Shown here: positions 29,405 to 39,413 of the stretch, one piece after another
Numbering within the stretch: position 1 is the first letter of the stretch
How the letters are laid out: each line of letters starts with the position of its first letter
NCBI GenBank assembly: GCA_963798915.1
Contig: CAWCVB010000014.1
Span: 128,001 to 192,000 of the forward strand
Direction of reading: 5' to 3'
Length of the DNA: 64,000 nt
Source of the DNA: an uncultured Gemmatimonadales bacterium
Lineage (GTDB): Bacteria > Gemmatimonadota > Gemmatimonadetes > Gemmatimonadales > GWC2-71-9
Program-made: the position numbers and the translations under genes
Notes under the pieces: generated by a model
Seen by the model: only the letters and a program-made list of their open reading frames with translations
What the model was told of the DNA's origin: nothing
The model's database searches: none

Positions 29405-30892
29405 TCAGGGCAGGCTGCTCCAGCCCTGCACGGCAACCGGGGTGCTGGCGTCGGTGGTGGTGCCGTCGCCGAGTTCGCCATGCTCGTTGTGACCCCAGCA
29501 GTACGCTCCGTCAGCTGCCGACAGCGCACAGGAGAAGTAGGCGCCGGCGCCAATGGTCGAGAATGTGATGCCACCGGCTACCGGGACCGGGCTGCTCGTG
29601 TTCTCCGTGTTCCCGTCGCCGAGTTCACCGTAGATGTTGAGGCCCCAGCAGTAGCCCGCACCGAACGTGGTAAGGGCGCACGTGTGATACGCCCCCCCAG
29701 CGTCGATCGCCGAGAGCGCCAGGTCTCCGTTCACGAGTACCGGGCTCGTCGCATTCGCGGCGCCGCCGTTGCCGAGTTCGCCGAAATCATTGAGTCCCCA
29801 GCAGTAGCCTGCGTGGCCAAGGGCGACGCCACAGGTCCAGTAGTATCCTGCGCTGATGGACGAGAAGGTGAGGCCGCCGCCGACCGGCACCGGGTTGGTC
29901 GCGTCGGACAGGCTACCATCCCCGAGCTGGCCCGAACCGTTGTACCCCCAGCAGAAGGCCGCGCCGTCAGTCGAGAGACCGCAACTATGGAAGCCACCGC
30001 GAGCGCTGATACCGGCGAAGTGCAGGCCGCCGCTGACCGGGACGGGGATGCTTGCATCCGTTGTTGTCCCATTACCGAGCTGTCCCGCCGAGTTGTTGCC
30101 CCAGCAATACGTCGCTGCCTCCACGGTGAGCGCGCAGGTATGATTGCCCCCCGCGCTGATGGCTGTGAACGCCAGGCCACCGCTGACCGCTACGGGGCTG
30201 CTCGCGTTTGCTATGCTCCCGGTTCCGAGTTGGCCAGAATTGTTCAATCCCCAGCAGTAGGCTGTGCCATCCGCCGTGAGGCCACACGTGTGATATCCCC
30301 CCGCGCTGATGACCGTAAATGCGACGTCTCCCAGGACCGCAACGGGGACGCTGGAATTGGTGGTGGAGCCGTCGCCCAGCTCTCCGCCAATGTTGTAGCC
30401 CCAGCAGTAGGCGCGCCCGCTCGCCTTGAGCCCGCAAGTATGGAGTAGGCCCACAGCCAACTGGGGTCCCGCGGTCGTCGTCTCATCACCAAGTACCGCA
30501 CCGGCTTCCTCCAGTAGCGGCGCTCCATCCGCCTCACTCAGTACCCCATCTGCCACGAAGCTCGCCACCTGGTCCCGGAACGCCCGCAATTGTGCCACCG
30601 CCGGGCAGAGATTCCCGTCATCCAGGGCCCGAAGCGCGTTCCGGAGATGGTTACGCAGCGCGCCGGCCTGGCCGGCATTCAGCGCTCCGGACGCTTCCAG
30701 CGCGTCCACCTGGTCAATCAGATCGCTGATGGCGGCACGCACCTCCCCCTCGCTCAGACCCAGGGCGCAGGATGTCGCGAGGAAGGAGGGGGTGTCGGCG
30801 TAGATCGGATTGGGGGCGGTGCGATCAGCGCACGCGGTCGCGAGCAAGGCTCCGACCGCGAGGGCCAGTACGACGCGGATGTGGCTGCACAT
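29405..30892 (-). CDS. RCC1-repeat beta-propeller lipoprotein with N-terminal helical (FIMAH-like) domain
   Basis: Lipobox LATAC; seven repeats of HTCGL...AYCWG.N..G(Q/E)LG.G...PV.V. Confidence 0.9.
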   Translation of the reverse strand: MCSHIRVVLALAVGALLATACADRTAPNPIYADTPSFLATSCALGLSEGEVRAAISDLIDQVDALEASGALNAGQAGALRNHLRNALRALDDGNLCPAVAQLRAFRDQVASFVADGVLSEADGAPLLEEAGAVLGDETTTAGPQLAVGLLHTCGLKASGRAYCWGYNIGGELGDGSTTNSSVPVAVLGDVAFTVISAGGYHTCGLTADGTAYCWGLNNSGQLGTGSIANASSPVAVSGGLAFTAISAGGNHTCALTVEAATYCWGNNSAGQLGNGTTTDASIPVPVSGGLHFAGISARGGFHSCGLSTDGAAFCWGYNGSGQLGDGSLSDATNPVPVGGGLTFSSISAGYYWTCGVALGHAGYCWGLNDFGELGNGGAANATSPVLVNGDLALSAIDAGGAYHTCALTTFGAGYCWGLNIYGELGDGNTENTSSPVPVAGGITFSTIGAGAYFSCALSAADGAYCWGHNEHGELGDGTTTDASTPVAVQGWSSLP

Positions 30893-31054
30893 GGGCCTGC
30901 TTCTTCCATCTCGAAGGTTCAGTGATCCGGAATGGCCGGCTTCAGGAGAGCCAAGATAGGGCGAGCATTCGGAAGGGGACATCGCATATTCGGGGGACTT
31001 GCTGGTGCACGCAGGGTTATGATCGCGGATCTTTCCACCGCCGCCATCGCGCCG

Positions 31055-31070
31055 TCACATGATCATGTGA
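31055..31070. promoter_or_regulatory. Perfect 16-bp palindrome, candidate response-regulator binding site
   Basis: TCACATGA-TCATGTGA, 10 nt past the regulator stop and upstream of the RCC1 gene. Confidence 0.55.
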
Positions 31071-31080
31071 GGATGCGGAG

Positions 31081-31785
31081 CTACACCAGGCCCTCACGCA
31101 GCGCGCGTCCCACCGCTTCGGCCACGTTGTGGACCTGCAGCTTGGAATAGACACTCCGGATGTGGGATCGCACCGTCTCGATGCTGATTCCCAGATCGCG
31201 GGCACAGCCTTTGTAACTGCGGCCATCCACCAGGCAGCCCAGCACGTCCCGCTCGCGCTGGGTCAGGTCGAGGCTGCTGCTGGCGCCGTCCGTCGTCCTC
31301 GCGGGCGCCTTCAATCGGCCGGTTTCGCTCAGGCGAATGATATCCAGCACGGTGCGCGCCACGGCCGCCGACAGCGGCGATCCGCCGGCCACCACGGTGC
31401 GGAGTTGTGCCAGGATCCGATCCGCCGGTGTGCGCTTGAGGAGATAGCCGTCGGCGCCGGCACAGATGGCTTCGATGATCGTGGCACGCTCCTCGAAAAC
31501 GGTGAGCGCAATGATCCTGACCTGCGGCAGCAGGGCCTTCATCCGGCGGGTGCACTCGATGCCGCTGAGTCCCGGCAGCCCCAGGTCCATGAGGATCACG
31601 TCCCACGGCGGTGTGGACTGCCGGCGCTGGGCGGCCTCGGCGGCGCGGAGGGCCTCGTCCGGGGAGGCAAACGAATGCGCCAGCTCGAACTCGGGCGAGT
31701 GCGCGAGTAGCGCCTCCAGGCTCGCCCGGTAATGCGCGTCATCCTCCACCGCTATCACCTGAAACGGCGCGGTCCGGATTGGCAT
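31081..31785 (-). CDS. NarL/LuxR-family response regulator
   Basis: VEDD, ILMDLGLPG, GADGYLLK; HTH LTQRERDVL...ISIETVRSHIRSVYSKL. Confidence 0.95.
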   Translation of the reverse strand: MPIRTAPFQVIAVEDDAHYRASLEALLAHSPEFELAHSFASPDEALRAAEAAQRRQSTPPWDVILMDLGLPGLSGIECTRRMKALLPQVRIIALTVFEERATIIEAICAGADGYLLKRTPADRILAQLRTVVAGGSPLSAAVARTVLDIIRLSETGRLKAPARTTDGASSSLDLTQRERDVLGCLVDGRSYKGCARDLGISIETVRSHIRSVYSKLQVHNVAEAVGRALREGLV

Positions 31786-31856
31786 GCCGCCATAATGCAC
31801 GCCCGGCTGGTGAGGCGCACTCGCATATTCATGGGAGGGCTCCACGGAGAGATCGC

Positions 31857-34733
31857 TCATTGAAGCCGGAAGTCGAGCCGCATGGTGGTTCCTCCAGTGG
31901 TGCTGCTGTGAAGCGCGAATTCGGCGCCGATCTCGCCGGCTCGGCGGCGCATGCCCGCGACCCCCCGCCCATTTCGGGCGGAGCCCTTCTCCAGGAAGGC
32001 GAGCTCCTGCGTCTCCGCCGCGAACCCCCGGCCGTCATCCTGCACCATCAGGCGCCAGCTCCCGCCCTGCGGCCGGAGACGAAGCGTGACCTGGGATGCG
32101 CCGGAGTGGCGGGCGGCGTTGTGCAGCGCCTCGAGGCCGATCAACAGCACGTTGCGGCGCACGGCGAGGGTCAGCTCTCCGTCCGGCCACCGCTCCGGCA
32201 GGTCCGCAATGAACTCCGGGCCGTCGTCGGCGGAAAAGAGCCGATTGCCCCGCTCTACCAGCTGGGTGACGAGTTCGCGCAGGTCGGCGGCATTGCGATC
32301 CAGTGCCCAGACAATATCGGAGAGCGATTCACCTAGATGTTCCGCCGTCGCAGCAATTTCCCGCGCCAGGTGCCCGTCGCCGTCCTCACGCCGCTCGGCG
32401 TCGGAGAGCACGCTCGCCAGGATGCCGATGCTGCCGAGTCCCGATCCGATTTCGTCGTGAAGGTCCAGGGCAATGCGATTCCGCTGGCGCTCCAAGCCCA
32501 GGACGATGTTGAGACGAGCCCGATAGATGGCAAACGCCATGGCGCCGAGCACGATGACGGCACTGATCAGGACCCATGGTTCCCGGTACCACGGTGGCGG
32601 CACCCGGAAGCGCACCGAAGCGGGAGCCGACGACCAGTGCCGGCCATCGAGAGAGGCCCGGAATTCGGCTGTATACCGACCGGATGGAAGGTCCACCCAG
32701 CTGAACGATGGCGCGCCGCGGGTGTCGGTCCACGGGTGATCTGCGCCGAGTCGTGCCTGGTAGCGAACCCGGGCAGGATCGCGAAAGGACAGCGCCGCAA
32801 ATCGCAGCTCCAACGTGTTGTGACGTGAAGGCGCTTCGAAGGGCTGGTCGGTCGGCACCTTCCGCCCATCCACACTGGCATCCGCGATGGCCACCGGCGG
32901 CGGATCGGCGGTCGCAAACCTGGCTGCACGGGGAATCTCCACCAGGCCGAGCCAGGTGGTGACCCAGAGAGAGCCGTCAGGATTCTCCAGCAAGTCCTGG
33001 CCACTGGTGACCGGCAGGCCATTCCAGGATCCAAGCACTTCTCGCACGGTCCAGCCGGGTCCCTGCTCCTTCACACGTCGTAACGTTCCATAGCCAATGA
33101 TCCAGACCCCGCCCGAGAGGGACGGACGCAATCCGAGGATCGCATCGGTTGGAAGTTCCCGGCTTTGCGGAATCACATCCCAGTGCCCGTCCGATCCGGT
33201 TCTCAGCACGCCGGCTTCCATGGTCGAGGCCCAGATGGCACCGCTCGATAGCTCGACCAGCGACGTGATGGTGCCCGTCGCTCCCACATTGCTGCATTCC
33301 CATTCGCCGGGGGACCGAAGCTGACGGCTGCAAATATGTCCGGTCCATGCCAGCCAGAGCCGGCCCTGTCGGTCCTCCAGTACGGCCTGCCATTCCGTTC
33401 CCGGTGGCGCGCTCCTGGGAAGTGTCACGGCAATGGCTGACGTCGCCGCTGGTTCGACGCGAAAGAGTCCGCTTAACGTTGCCAACCAGGTGCCGCCATC
33501 TCGCGCTGGCGCGCAGCCGAGAATTATGCCGGCAGCAGGAAGCCTCCGGCGGACGCCGGAGTCGGCGAGCAGGACGAGCCCCTCCGCGTCGTTGCTCCAG
33601 ACGGCGGACGCCGCGCTGTCGGGACAGACGCGGTGTTGCGAGTACCAGTCCGGGACTGGGTGGATGGACGTGCTGGCGCCGTGCCGTTGCAGTCTCACGG
33701 CGCCCTGCCAGGTGGTGATCCACAGGGCATCGCCGCTGCGCGCAAGGAACCGCACGTGCCGGGAGGGCAGGCCTTCCCGGTCAGTCCAGATGCGCGTGTC
33801 GGGCTCCGGAAACTGCAGCAGCGACGTGTACGTCCCCATCCAGAGACTGCCTTCCCGGTCTACGAGCATGGGGCCCCCCGCCTCGATGCCGTCCTCCGGC
33901 GAGATGACCTCGGGCTCCCGCCCTGGTTCGAGCGCGACGAGAAAGCGATCGAAGGCAACCCAGAGGGTTCGACCGCGCTGGGCCAGGGCCACCGCTCGGG
34001 ACCGGAAGGTTTCGCTCGCCGTGCGCTCGACGTTGATGATCCTGATGTCTGCACCAGCATGCACCAGCAGCGCGCCAGAGGAGCGGAGCGCCAGCTCGCG
34101 GTCACCCAGAGCCAGGATGTCGACGATGTGATCGCCGGCGAAGAGCTTTCGGGCCGCGCCACTGGCGTCGGCCCGCCAGACGCCACGATCAGTGGCGACC
34201 AGCACGCCGCCACCGGGGTGTGCTGTCACCAGCATCGGCTGCTCATCCCCGAGGACGCCGGCCGGAATCTGGCGCCAGGTGCCCGCCGTATCCCGGCACG
34301 CCAGCGATCCCCCGCGAATGATCCACAGCCGGCCGGCGATGTCGTACGCCAGCATGCGCACGGTTCGGGGACCGGCAGGACCGGGGGGATGAAGCGCACG
34401 AACGTCGCCGCTGGCCAGCTCGAACAGCTCGCCACGATCAGTCACGGCCGCGACTCGGTTGCCATGGGCCGCGAGACCCATGACGGCATTGGCATCGGGT
34501 TCCACCGGCCACGCATGCAGGCTGGCGCCATCGTACCGGAACAGGCCGCCCTGGGCACCGATCCAGAGGAAACCGGTGCTGTCCTGCACAATGGCCCATA
34601 CCGGCGCCGCGAGTCCCGCGTCCTCGGCGAAGCGGCGGATCAGGCGCGTCTGCGCAGGGAGCTCGGCCGCCGCACAAAGCAGCATGGCGCCGAGCAGGAG
34701 GGGGCCCAGCTGGTGTCTCGACATGACTGGCAT
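31857..34733 (-). CDS. Sensor histidine kinase with periplasmic beta-propeller and Y_Y_Y domain, HisKA_3 type
   Basis: QDSTGFLWIG and DREGSLW propeller repeats; LPSGRYT...PPWY; TM helix; RIALDLHDEIGS; EALHNAARHS; DDGRGF. Confidence 0.93.
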   Translation of the reverse strand: MPVMSRHQLGPLLLGAMLLCAAAELPAQTRLIRRFAEDAGLAAPVWAIVQDSTGFLWIGAQGGLFRYDGASLHAWPVEPDANAVMGLAAHGNRVAAVTDRGELFELASGDVRALHPPGPAGPRTVRMLAYDIAGRLWIIRGGSLACRDTAGTWRQIPAGVLGDEQPMLVTAHPGGGVLVATDRGVWRADASGAARKLFAGDHIVDILALGDRELALRSSGALLVHAGADIRIINVERTASETFRSRAVALAQRGRTLWVAFDRFLVALEPGREPEVISPEDGIEAGGPMLVDREGSLWMGTYTSLLQFPEPDTRIWTDREGLPSRHVRFLARSGDALWITTWQGAVRLQRHGASTSIHPVPDWYSQHRVCPDSAASAVWSNDAEGLVLLADSGVRRRLPAAGIILGCAPARDGGTWLATLSGLFRVEPAATSAIAVTLPRSAPPGTEWQAVLEDRQGRLWLAWTGHICSRQLRSPGEWECSNVGATGTITSLVELSSGAIWASTMEAGVLRTGSDGHWDVIPQSRELPTDAILGLRPSLSGGVWIIGYGTLRRVKEQGPGWTVREVLGSWNGLPVTSGQDLLENPDGSLWVTTWLGLVEIPRAARFATADPPPVAIADASVDGRKVPTDQPFEAPSRHNTLELRFAALSFRDPARVRYQARLGADHPWTDTRGAPSFSWVDLPSGRYTAEFRASLDGRHWSSAPASVRFRVPPPWYREPWVLISAVIVLGAMAFAIYRARLNIVLGLERQRNRIALDLHDEIGSGLGSIGILASVLSDAERREDGDGHLAREIAATAEHLGESLSDIVWALDRNAADLRELVTQLVERGNRLFSADDGPEFIADLPERWPDGELTLAVRRNVLLIGLEALHNAARHSGASQVTLRLRPQGGSWRLMVQDDGRGFAAETQELAFLEKGSARNGRGVAGMRRRAGEIGAEFALHSSTTGGTTMRLDFRLQ

Positions 34734-34890
34734 GTTAGGGGTAAGGTGCAGCAGGGCAGCCCATCGGGCTACCCCGCATCCGGGAGTACCAGTGGCCCGC
34801 CTTGCCCATCCTGCCCCGCCTGTCTATATATGCGCCGCTCAGGCCCCGGAGGTGTGCGGTGGGCCGGGCCGAAACGCAGGATGGAGCGCA

Positions 34891-36747
34891 GTGTCGAACA
34901 AGATTCGCAATCTGGCTATTATCGCGCATGTGGACCACGGCAAGACGACGCTCGTGGATCAGATGCTCCGGCAGGCAGGTGCCTTCCGCGCCAATCAACA
35001 GGTGGCGGAGAGGGTGATGGATTCCAATCCGCTGGAGCGCGAGCGCGGTATCACCATCCTCTCCAAGAACACCGCTGTCAACTGGGGCGGCGTCAAGATC
35101 AACATCGTTGATACTCCCGGCCACGCCGACTTTGGCGGCGAGGTCGAGCGGATCCTGCGCATGGTCGATGGGGTCCTGATCCTGGTGGACGCCGCCGAGG
35201 GGCCCATGCCGCAGACGCGATTCGTGACGCGGAAGGCCCTCTCGCTCGGCCTGCATCCCATCGTGGCGATCAACAAGATCGATCGAGCCGATGCGGAGCC
35301 GCTGCGAGTGCACGATGAGGTCCTGGGGCTGTTCATCGATCTCGAGGCCACCCACGAACAGCTCGACGCGCCATTCCTCTATACGTCCAGTCGTTTCGGT
35401 ACCGCCACGATGGACCTCGATCACCCGGGTGGGGACCTTGCGCCGCTGTTCGACACCATCCTCAAGTACGTGCCGCCGCCGGCCGGCGACCCTGATGAGC
35501 CGTTTCAGATGCTGGTCTCGACCCTGGACCACTCCAGCTTTCTGGGCCGGATCGCCATCGGGCGAATCGAGCGCGGCCGCCTGGAAGTTGGTGACCAGGT
35601 GGCGCTGCTGCCGCTGGGGGAGCCCGGGCTGCTGCTCGATGAAACCGTGGAACGGAACCGGGTGACCAGACTCTACACCTTCGACGGGTTGCATCGGGTC
35701 GAGGTGCCCCGGGCAGAGGCAGGCGATATCGTGGCGCTCGCCGGCTTCGAAGGTATTGAAATTGGCAAGACCTTCGCCTCGGTGGATCGGCCGGAACGGC
35801 TGGCGGGCATCGCGGTCGAGGAGCCCACCATCTCGGTGGACTTCATCGTCAACAACAGCCCGTTTGCCGGCCGGGAGGGCAAGTTCGTCACCAGCCGCCA
35901 GCTGCGCGATCGGCTGTTCCGCGAGCTCGAGCGCAATGTGGCGCTCAAGGTCGAGCCGACCGACGCCCCTGACACCCATTCCGTGTCGGGTCGCGGGGAG
36001 TTGCACCTCGGCATCCTCATGGAGACGATGCGGCGGGAGGGGTACGAGTTTCAGGTCTCCCGGCCCCGGGTGATCACCCGTGAGGGGTCCGGCGGCGATC
36101 GCCTCGAGCCCTACGAGGAACTGATGGTTGACGTGGCCGAGGACTACATGGGCACCGTGCTCGAGAAGCTGGGCCCGCGCCGGGCCGAGATGACCGAGAT
36201 GCGGAATCCCGGGCAGGGCATGGTGCGTATGACGTTCCGGGTTCCGGCGCGGGGGTTGTTCGGCTACCGCTCGGAGTTTCTGACCGACACACGCGGCACC
36301 GGCATGATGCATCATCGTTTTTTGGAGTACGGAAGCTGGGCCGGTCCCCTGGCCGGGCGAAAGCGTGGCGTGCTGGTGGCGGACCGGGAGGGCAGCGTGG
36401 TGGCCTTCGCGTTGGGCAACCTGCAGGAGCGCGCCCAGATGTTCGTCTCCCCGGGCGACCACGTGTATGAAGGAATGGTGGTGGGTGAGAGTGCGCGCCC
36501 GGGCGACATGGACGTCAACGTCTCGAAGGAAAAGAAGCTGACCAACATGCGCACCACCGCGTCGGACGACAACGTCATGCTCGAGCCGCCACGCCTGATC
36601 ACCCTCGAATATGCGCTCGAGTACATCGAGGAAGACGAACTGATCGAAGTCACGCCGCAGACGATCCGCCTGCGCAAGCGGCAGCTCGCCGCGGTGGATC
36701 GAAGGAAAGCCGCCCGGGCAGCCGCCCGGGTCGAACACGCGTCCTAG
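34891..36747 (+). CDS. typA: Ribosome-associated GTPase TypA/BipA
   Basis: [56 protein letters not shown] start at 34891. Confidence 0.98.
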   Translation: MSNKIRNLAIIAHVDHGKTTLVDQMLRQAGAFRANQQVAERVMDSNPLERERGITILSKNTAVNWGGVKINIVDTPGHADFGGEVERILRMVDGVLILVDAAEGPMPQTRFVTRKALSLGLHPIVAINKIDRADAEPLRVHDEVLGLFIDLEATHEQLDAPFLYTSSRFGTATMDLDHPGGDLAPLFDTILKYVPPPAGDPDEPFQMLVSTLDHSSFLGRIAIGRIERGRLEVGDQVALLPLGEPGLLLDETVERNRVTRLYTFDGLHRVEVPRAEAGDIVALAGFEGIEIGKTFASVDRPERLAGIAVEEPTISVDFIVNNSPFAGREGKFVTSRQLRDRLFRELERNVALKVEPTDAPDTHSVSGRGELHLGILMETMRREGYEFQVSRPRVITREGSGGDRLEPYEELMVDVAEDYMGTVLEKLGPRRAEMTEMRNPGQGMVRMTFRVPARGLFGYRSEFLTDTRGTGMMHHRFLEYGSWAGPLAGRKRGVLVADREGSVVAFALGNLQERAQMFVSPGDHVYEGMVVGESARPGDMDVNVSKEKKLTNMRTTASDDNVMLEPPRLITLEYALEYIEEDELIEVTPQTIRLRKRQLAAVDRRKAARAAARVEHAS

Positions 36748-36798
36748 GGACCTGTCCCGGAACGCAAGACAACACACCGTCGAGTGGTGGAGGAGACC

Positions 36799-36999
36799 AT
36801 GCTGGCCTGGGAGACGTCACTGGACGCGCTCGAGATGCGCCGTCGCTTCGATGACGATGAAGACGAGTTCGAGGATGATGGCTTCGGCTTCGATGACGAC
36901 GAGGACGAAGACGAGGACGCCGACGATGACGAGTTCGGGGACGACGAGGACGAGGAAGACCTCGACGAAGATCCCCCCTACGAGCCGGAAGAGGAATAG
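36799..36999 (+). CDS. Small highly acidic protein (66 aa)
   Basis: GGAGGAG RBS then ATG; 39 of 66 residues are D/E by my count; downstream hairpin. Confidence 0.65.
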   Translation: MLAWETSLDALEMRRRFDDDEDEFEDDGFGFDDDEDEDEDADDDEFGDDEDEEDLDEDPPYEPEEE

Positions 37000-37016
37000 C
37001 CCCACTGGAACTCGCT

Positions 37017-37051
37017 GGAACGCCCCGTCAGCGTCCTGACGGGGCGTTCCC
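37017..37051. terminator. Hairpin between convergent genes (probable bidirectional terminator)
   Basis: GGAACGCCCCGTCAG-CGTC-CTGACGGGGCGTTCC, perfect 15-bp stem. Confidence 0.75.
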
Positions 37052-37075
37052 ATGCGAGTGGGGGCGAGCGCCCGG

Positions 37076-37960
37076 TCAGCTCGCCATGGCCTGCGGCTCC
37101 TCGGCCGGCAGCAACCTGGCCAGGATCTCCTGCGCCTCCTCCTCCGTCACGCCCTTGTCCCGCCGGACCGCCCAGCGGCGGCGGGCCTGGGTCCGTCGCT
37201 GCTCCGGCAGGGCGGCAATGGCGTCGTCGATCGCCATGATCATCGCTATCGACGGCCGCGCCACCGGCTCGGCGCTCGACAGCCACGCACGAAGTTCCCG
37301 GGCCACGGTGCCGTCGCACAGGTCCCACAGCTGGCTCTGATCACCGAACTTGCGGGTATTGTCCTTCTTCACATCGACCTTGTGTGCTTCGTTCAGGTCA
37401 AAGTGAAGCGCAAATTCGTACTCTGTGCCATCGCGGATGACCGGCTGCAGGCCCAGCTTGAGGACCCTCTTCTTCCCATCCACCTCGGCCTGCTCGTAGG
37501 CCTGCTTGCTGCGCGCCGTGGCGATGACATGCACGGGTTGGTCCAGGATGGCTCGAACCAGGCTGTCCCATTCCGCGCCGAACAGCTTCCAATTGGTGTA
37601 GCTGTTGGAGCGGGGATTGGCCCGGTCATAGGCTGTCTTGCGATCGAGCACATCCTGCCAGGCGTGGGACAGACTGTCGACGATGATGACTTCGTAACCG
37701 GCCTCGACCGCGACTTCCATCGCCGCGATATAGGCGTCCGGATGGTGGTCCGCCAGCGCCAGGGCATCGAACTCGATACCATCGGCATAGTAGCTCGACC
37801 GGCTGTTCTCGGAGTCGATCACGGCGATCTTGCCGGGCGCCAGACTTTCGGCCAGCCGCAACGCGCCAAGCGTCTTGCCTGAGCCGGAGGCCCCAGTGAG
37901 GAGAATCTTGAGCTTGGCCTCGGTTCGGACGGCCCGCTTGAATTGCATGAGTGACGACAT
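37076..37960 (-). CDS. AAA_24/Sak4-like P-loop ATPase (phage-type recombination protein family)
   Basis: FKRAVR..AKLKILLTGASGSGKT, VIDSE, IIVDSLSHAW, HVIATARSK, GLQPVIRDGTEYEF, KDNT; GGAG RBS. Confidence 0.8.
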   Translation of the reverse strand: MSSLMQFKRAVRTEAKLKILLTGASGSGKTLGALRLAESLAPGKIAVIDSENSRSSYYADGIEFDALALADHHPDAYIAAMEVAVEAGYEVIIVDSLSHAWQDVLDRKTAYDRANPRSNSYTNWKLFGAEWDSLVRAILDQPVHVIATARSKQAYEQAEVDGKKRVLKLGLQPVIRDGTEYEFALHFDLNEAHKVDVKKDNTRKFGDQSQLWDLCDGTVARELRAWLSSAEPVARPSIAMIMAIDDAIAALPEQRRTQARRRWAVRRDKGVTEEEAQEILARLLPAEEPQAMAS

Positions 37961-38081
37961 TGCTTCTCCAGCGTGAGTCAGGTGCGACTTCGTCCAGGTC
38001 CAGCGCTACCAGCGCGCCGACTCCGGTGTGTATATTCCCGGCCCGCGAGGCCGGTTGTGGCTGAGGGGGAGCTGCGAATGT

Positions 38082-38156
<75 letters not shown>

Positions 38157-38180
38157 TCCTGGTGTGCAATTTCGGGGCCG

Positions 38181-38215
38181 GAGACGGCGCGATTTCGATC
38201 GCGCCGTCTCTTTTT
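38181..38215 (+). terminator. Rho-independent terminator of tRNA-Ile
   Basis: GAGACGGCGCGAT-TTCG-ATCGCGCCGTCTC followed by TTTTT. Confidence 0.92.
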
Positions 38216-38417
38216 GCTACTGTCATATGTTATTTAATAACAATGAGATAGATATTTTGTTCGGCTCCTGTTCGGAGGCGGGAAAATGCCGAGCGGAAAG
38301 TGTCCGATCAGGCGACATCGGTGTCCATGCGCCGGCCACTCGCGAGCCCGGACGACAGTCCGTTCGGCACCTGGAGCGCGGGCCGCACCGCCCCTTGTCA
38401 GGCACAAGGAAGTGCGA

Positions 38418-38435
38418 TATCTTAGCGCTAAGATA
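38418..38435. promoter_or_regulatory. MhqR/MarR-like operator
   Basis: Perfect palindrome TATCTTAGC-GCTAAGATA (TATCT-N8-AGATA), 18 nt before the dioxygenase ATG. Confidence 0.7.
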
Positions 38436-38453
38436 ACTCCAGCGCAGGCGACC

Positions 38454-39404
38454 ATGACTCCAGAGCTCCGCGGTCTTCACCACGTAACCGCCATCTCGGC
38501 CCAAATCCGCGACAATCACCGCTTCTACACGCGCGACCTCGGCATGCGGCTGGTCAAGCGCAGCGTCAACCAGGACGATGTGAGCGCTTGGCACCTTTTC
38601 TATGCCGATGCCAAGGGTACGCCCGGTACCGACCTCACCTTCTTTGACTGGCCGGTGCCGGCCGAGCGTCGCGGTACCCGCTCCATCAGCCGCATCCATC
38701 TGCGCGTGGCCGGGAACGCCGCGCTCGAGTGGTGGGCCGGCCGGCTGGCGGAGGCACCAGTCCGCGCGCAGCCGATCACCGAACGCGATGGGCGGCTCAC
38801 GCTGGAGTTCGAGGACGCCGAGGGACAACGCCTGGCCCTGGTGGCGGATGACGGCGAGAGTGAGGTCTTTCCCTGGGAGCGGAGCAGCGTGCCCGCGGAG
38901 CACCAGATTCGGGGCCTCGGGGCCGTGCAGTTGAGTGTACCGGAGCTGGGTCCAACCGATGCGCTGCTTCATCAACTGGGAATGCGCCCCGTTCGAGAGT
39001 ATTCGGACTCTGCGCATGCCGGCCGGCTGGTGCACGTCTACGAGATGGGACCGGGAGGCGCAGGAGCGGAACTGCACCTCGTGGAACAGCCCGAGCTTCC
39101 GCCCACCCGGCTGGGCGCCGGAGGCGTCCACCACGTCGCCTTCAGGGCGGCCGACGCGGAGTACGATGCCTGGGCGGAACGGCTCAACAGGCTCGGCATC
39201 CGCAACAGCGGCAAGGTGGACCGCTACTGGTTCCGCAGCCTCTACTTTCGCGAGCCCAATGGCATTCTCTTCGAAATCGCGACCGAAGGTCCGGGCTTCG
39301 GCGTGGATGAGGACCCTGCGACCCTCGGCGAGAGCATCGTGCTCGCCCCGTTTCTCGAATCCCGCCGGCAGGCCATCGTCGCAGGGCTCAAGCCGATTGA
39401 CTGA
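38454..39404 (+). CDS. Ring-cleaving dioxygenase, MhqO/MhqA-like (VOC family)
   Basis: GLHHVTA, LVKRSVNQDD..HLFY, GTDLTFF, GVHHVAF, DRYWFRSLYFREPNGILFEIAT. Confidence 0.93.
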   Translation: MTPELRGLHHVTAISAQIRDNHRFYTRDLGMRLVKRSVNQDDVSAWHLFYADAKGTPGTDLTFFDWPVPAERRGTRSISRIHLRVAGNAALEWWAGRLAEAPVRAQPITERDGRLTLEFEDAEGQRLALVADDGESEVFPWERSSVPAEHQIRGLGAVQLSVPELGPTDALLHQLGMRPVREYSDSAHAGRLVHVYEMGPGGAGAELHLVEQPELPPTRLGAGGVHHVAFRAADAEYDAWAERLNRLGIRNSGKVDRYWFRSLYFREPNGILFEIATEGPGFGVDEDPATLGESIVLAPFLESRRQAIVAGLKPID

Positions 39405-39413
39405 GCCGGACCC

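Noticed and set aside
29405..30450. Regularly spaced DNA repeats (CCCCAGCAGTA...) resembling an array
   Set aside because: These are coding RCC1 repeats with codon-level variation, not CRISPR; no cas genes present.
12831..34823. Short 9-mer-like intergenic repeats (CCTGCCCC[G/T]-type) at about 12831, 15048 and 34796
   Set aside because: Too short and degenerate for this GC content to call a REP family without a genome-wide count.
38218..38260. AT-rich patch considered as a dif site or replication origin
   Set aside because: Does not match the XerD arm TTATGTTAAAT, and no DnaA boxes were seen.
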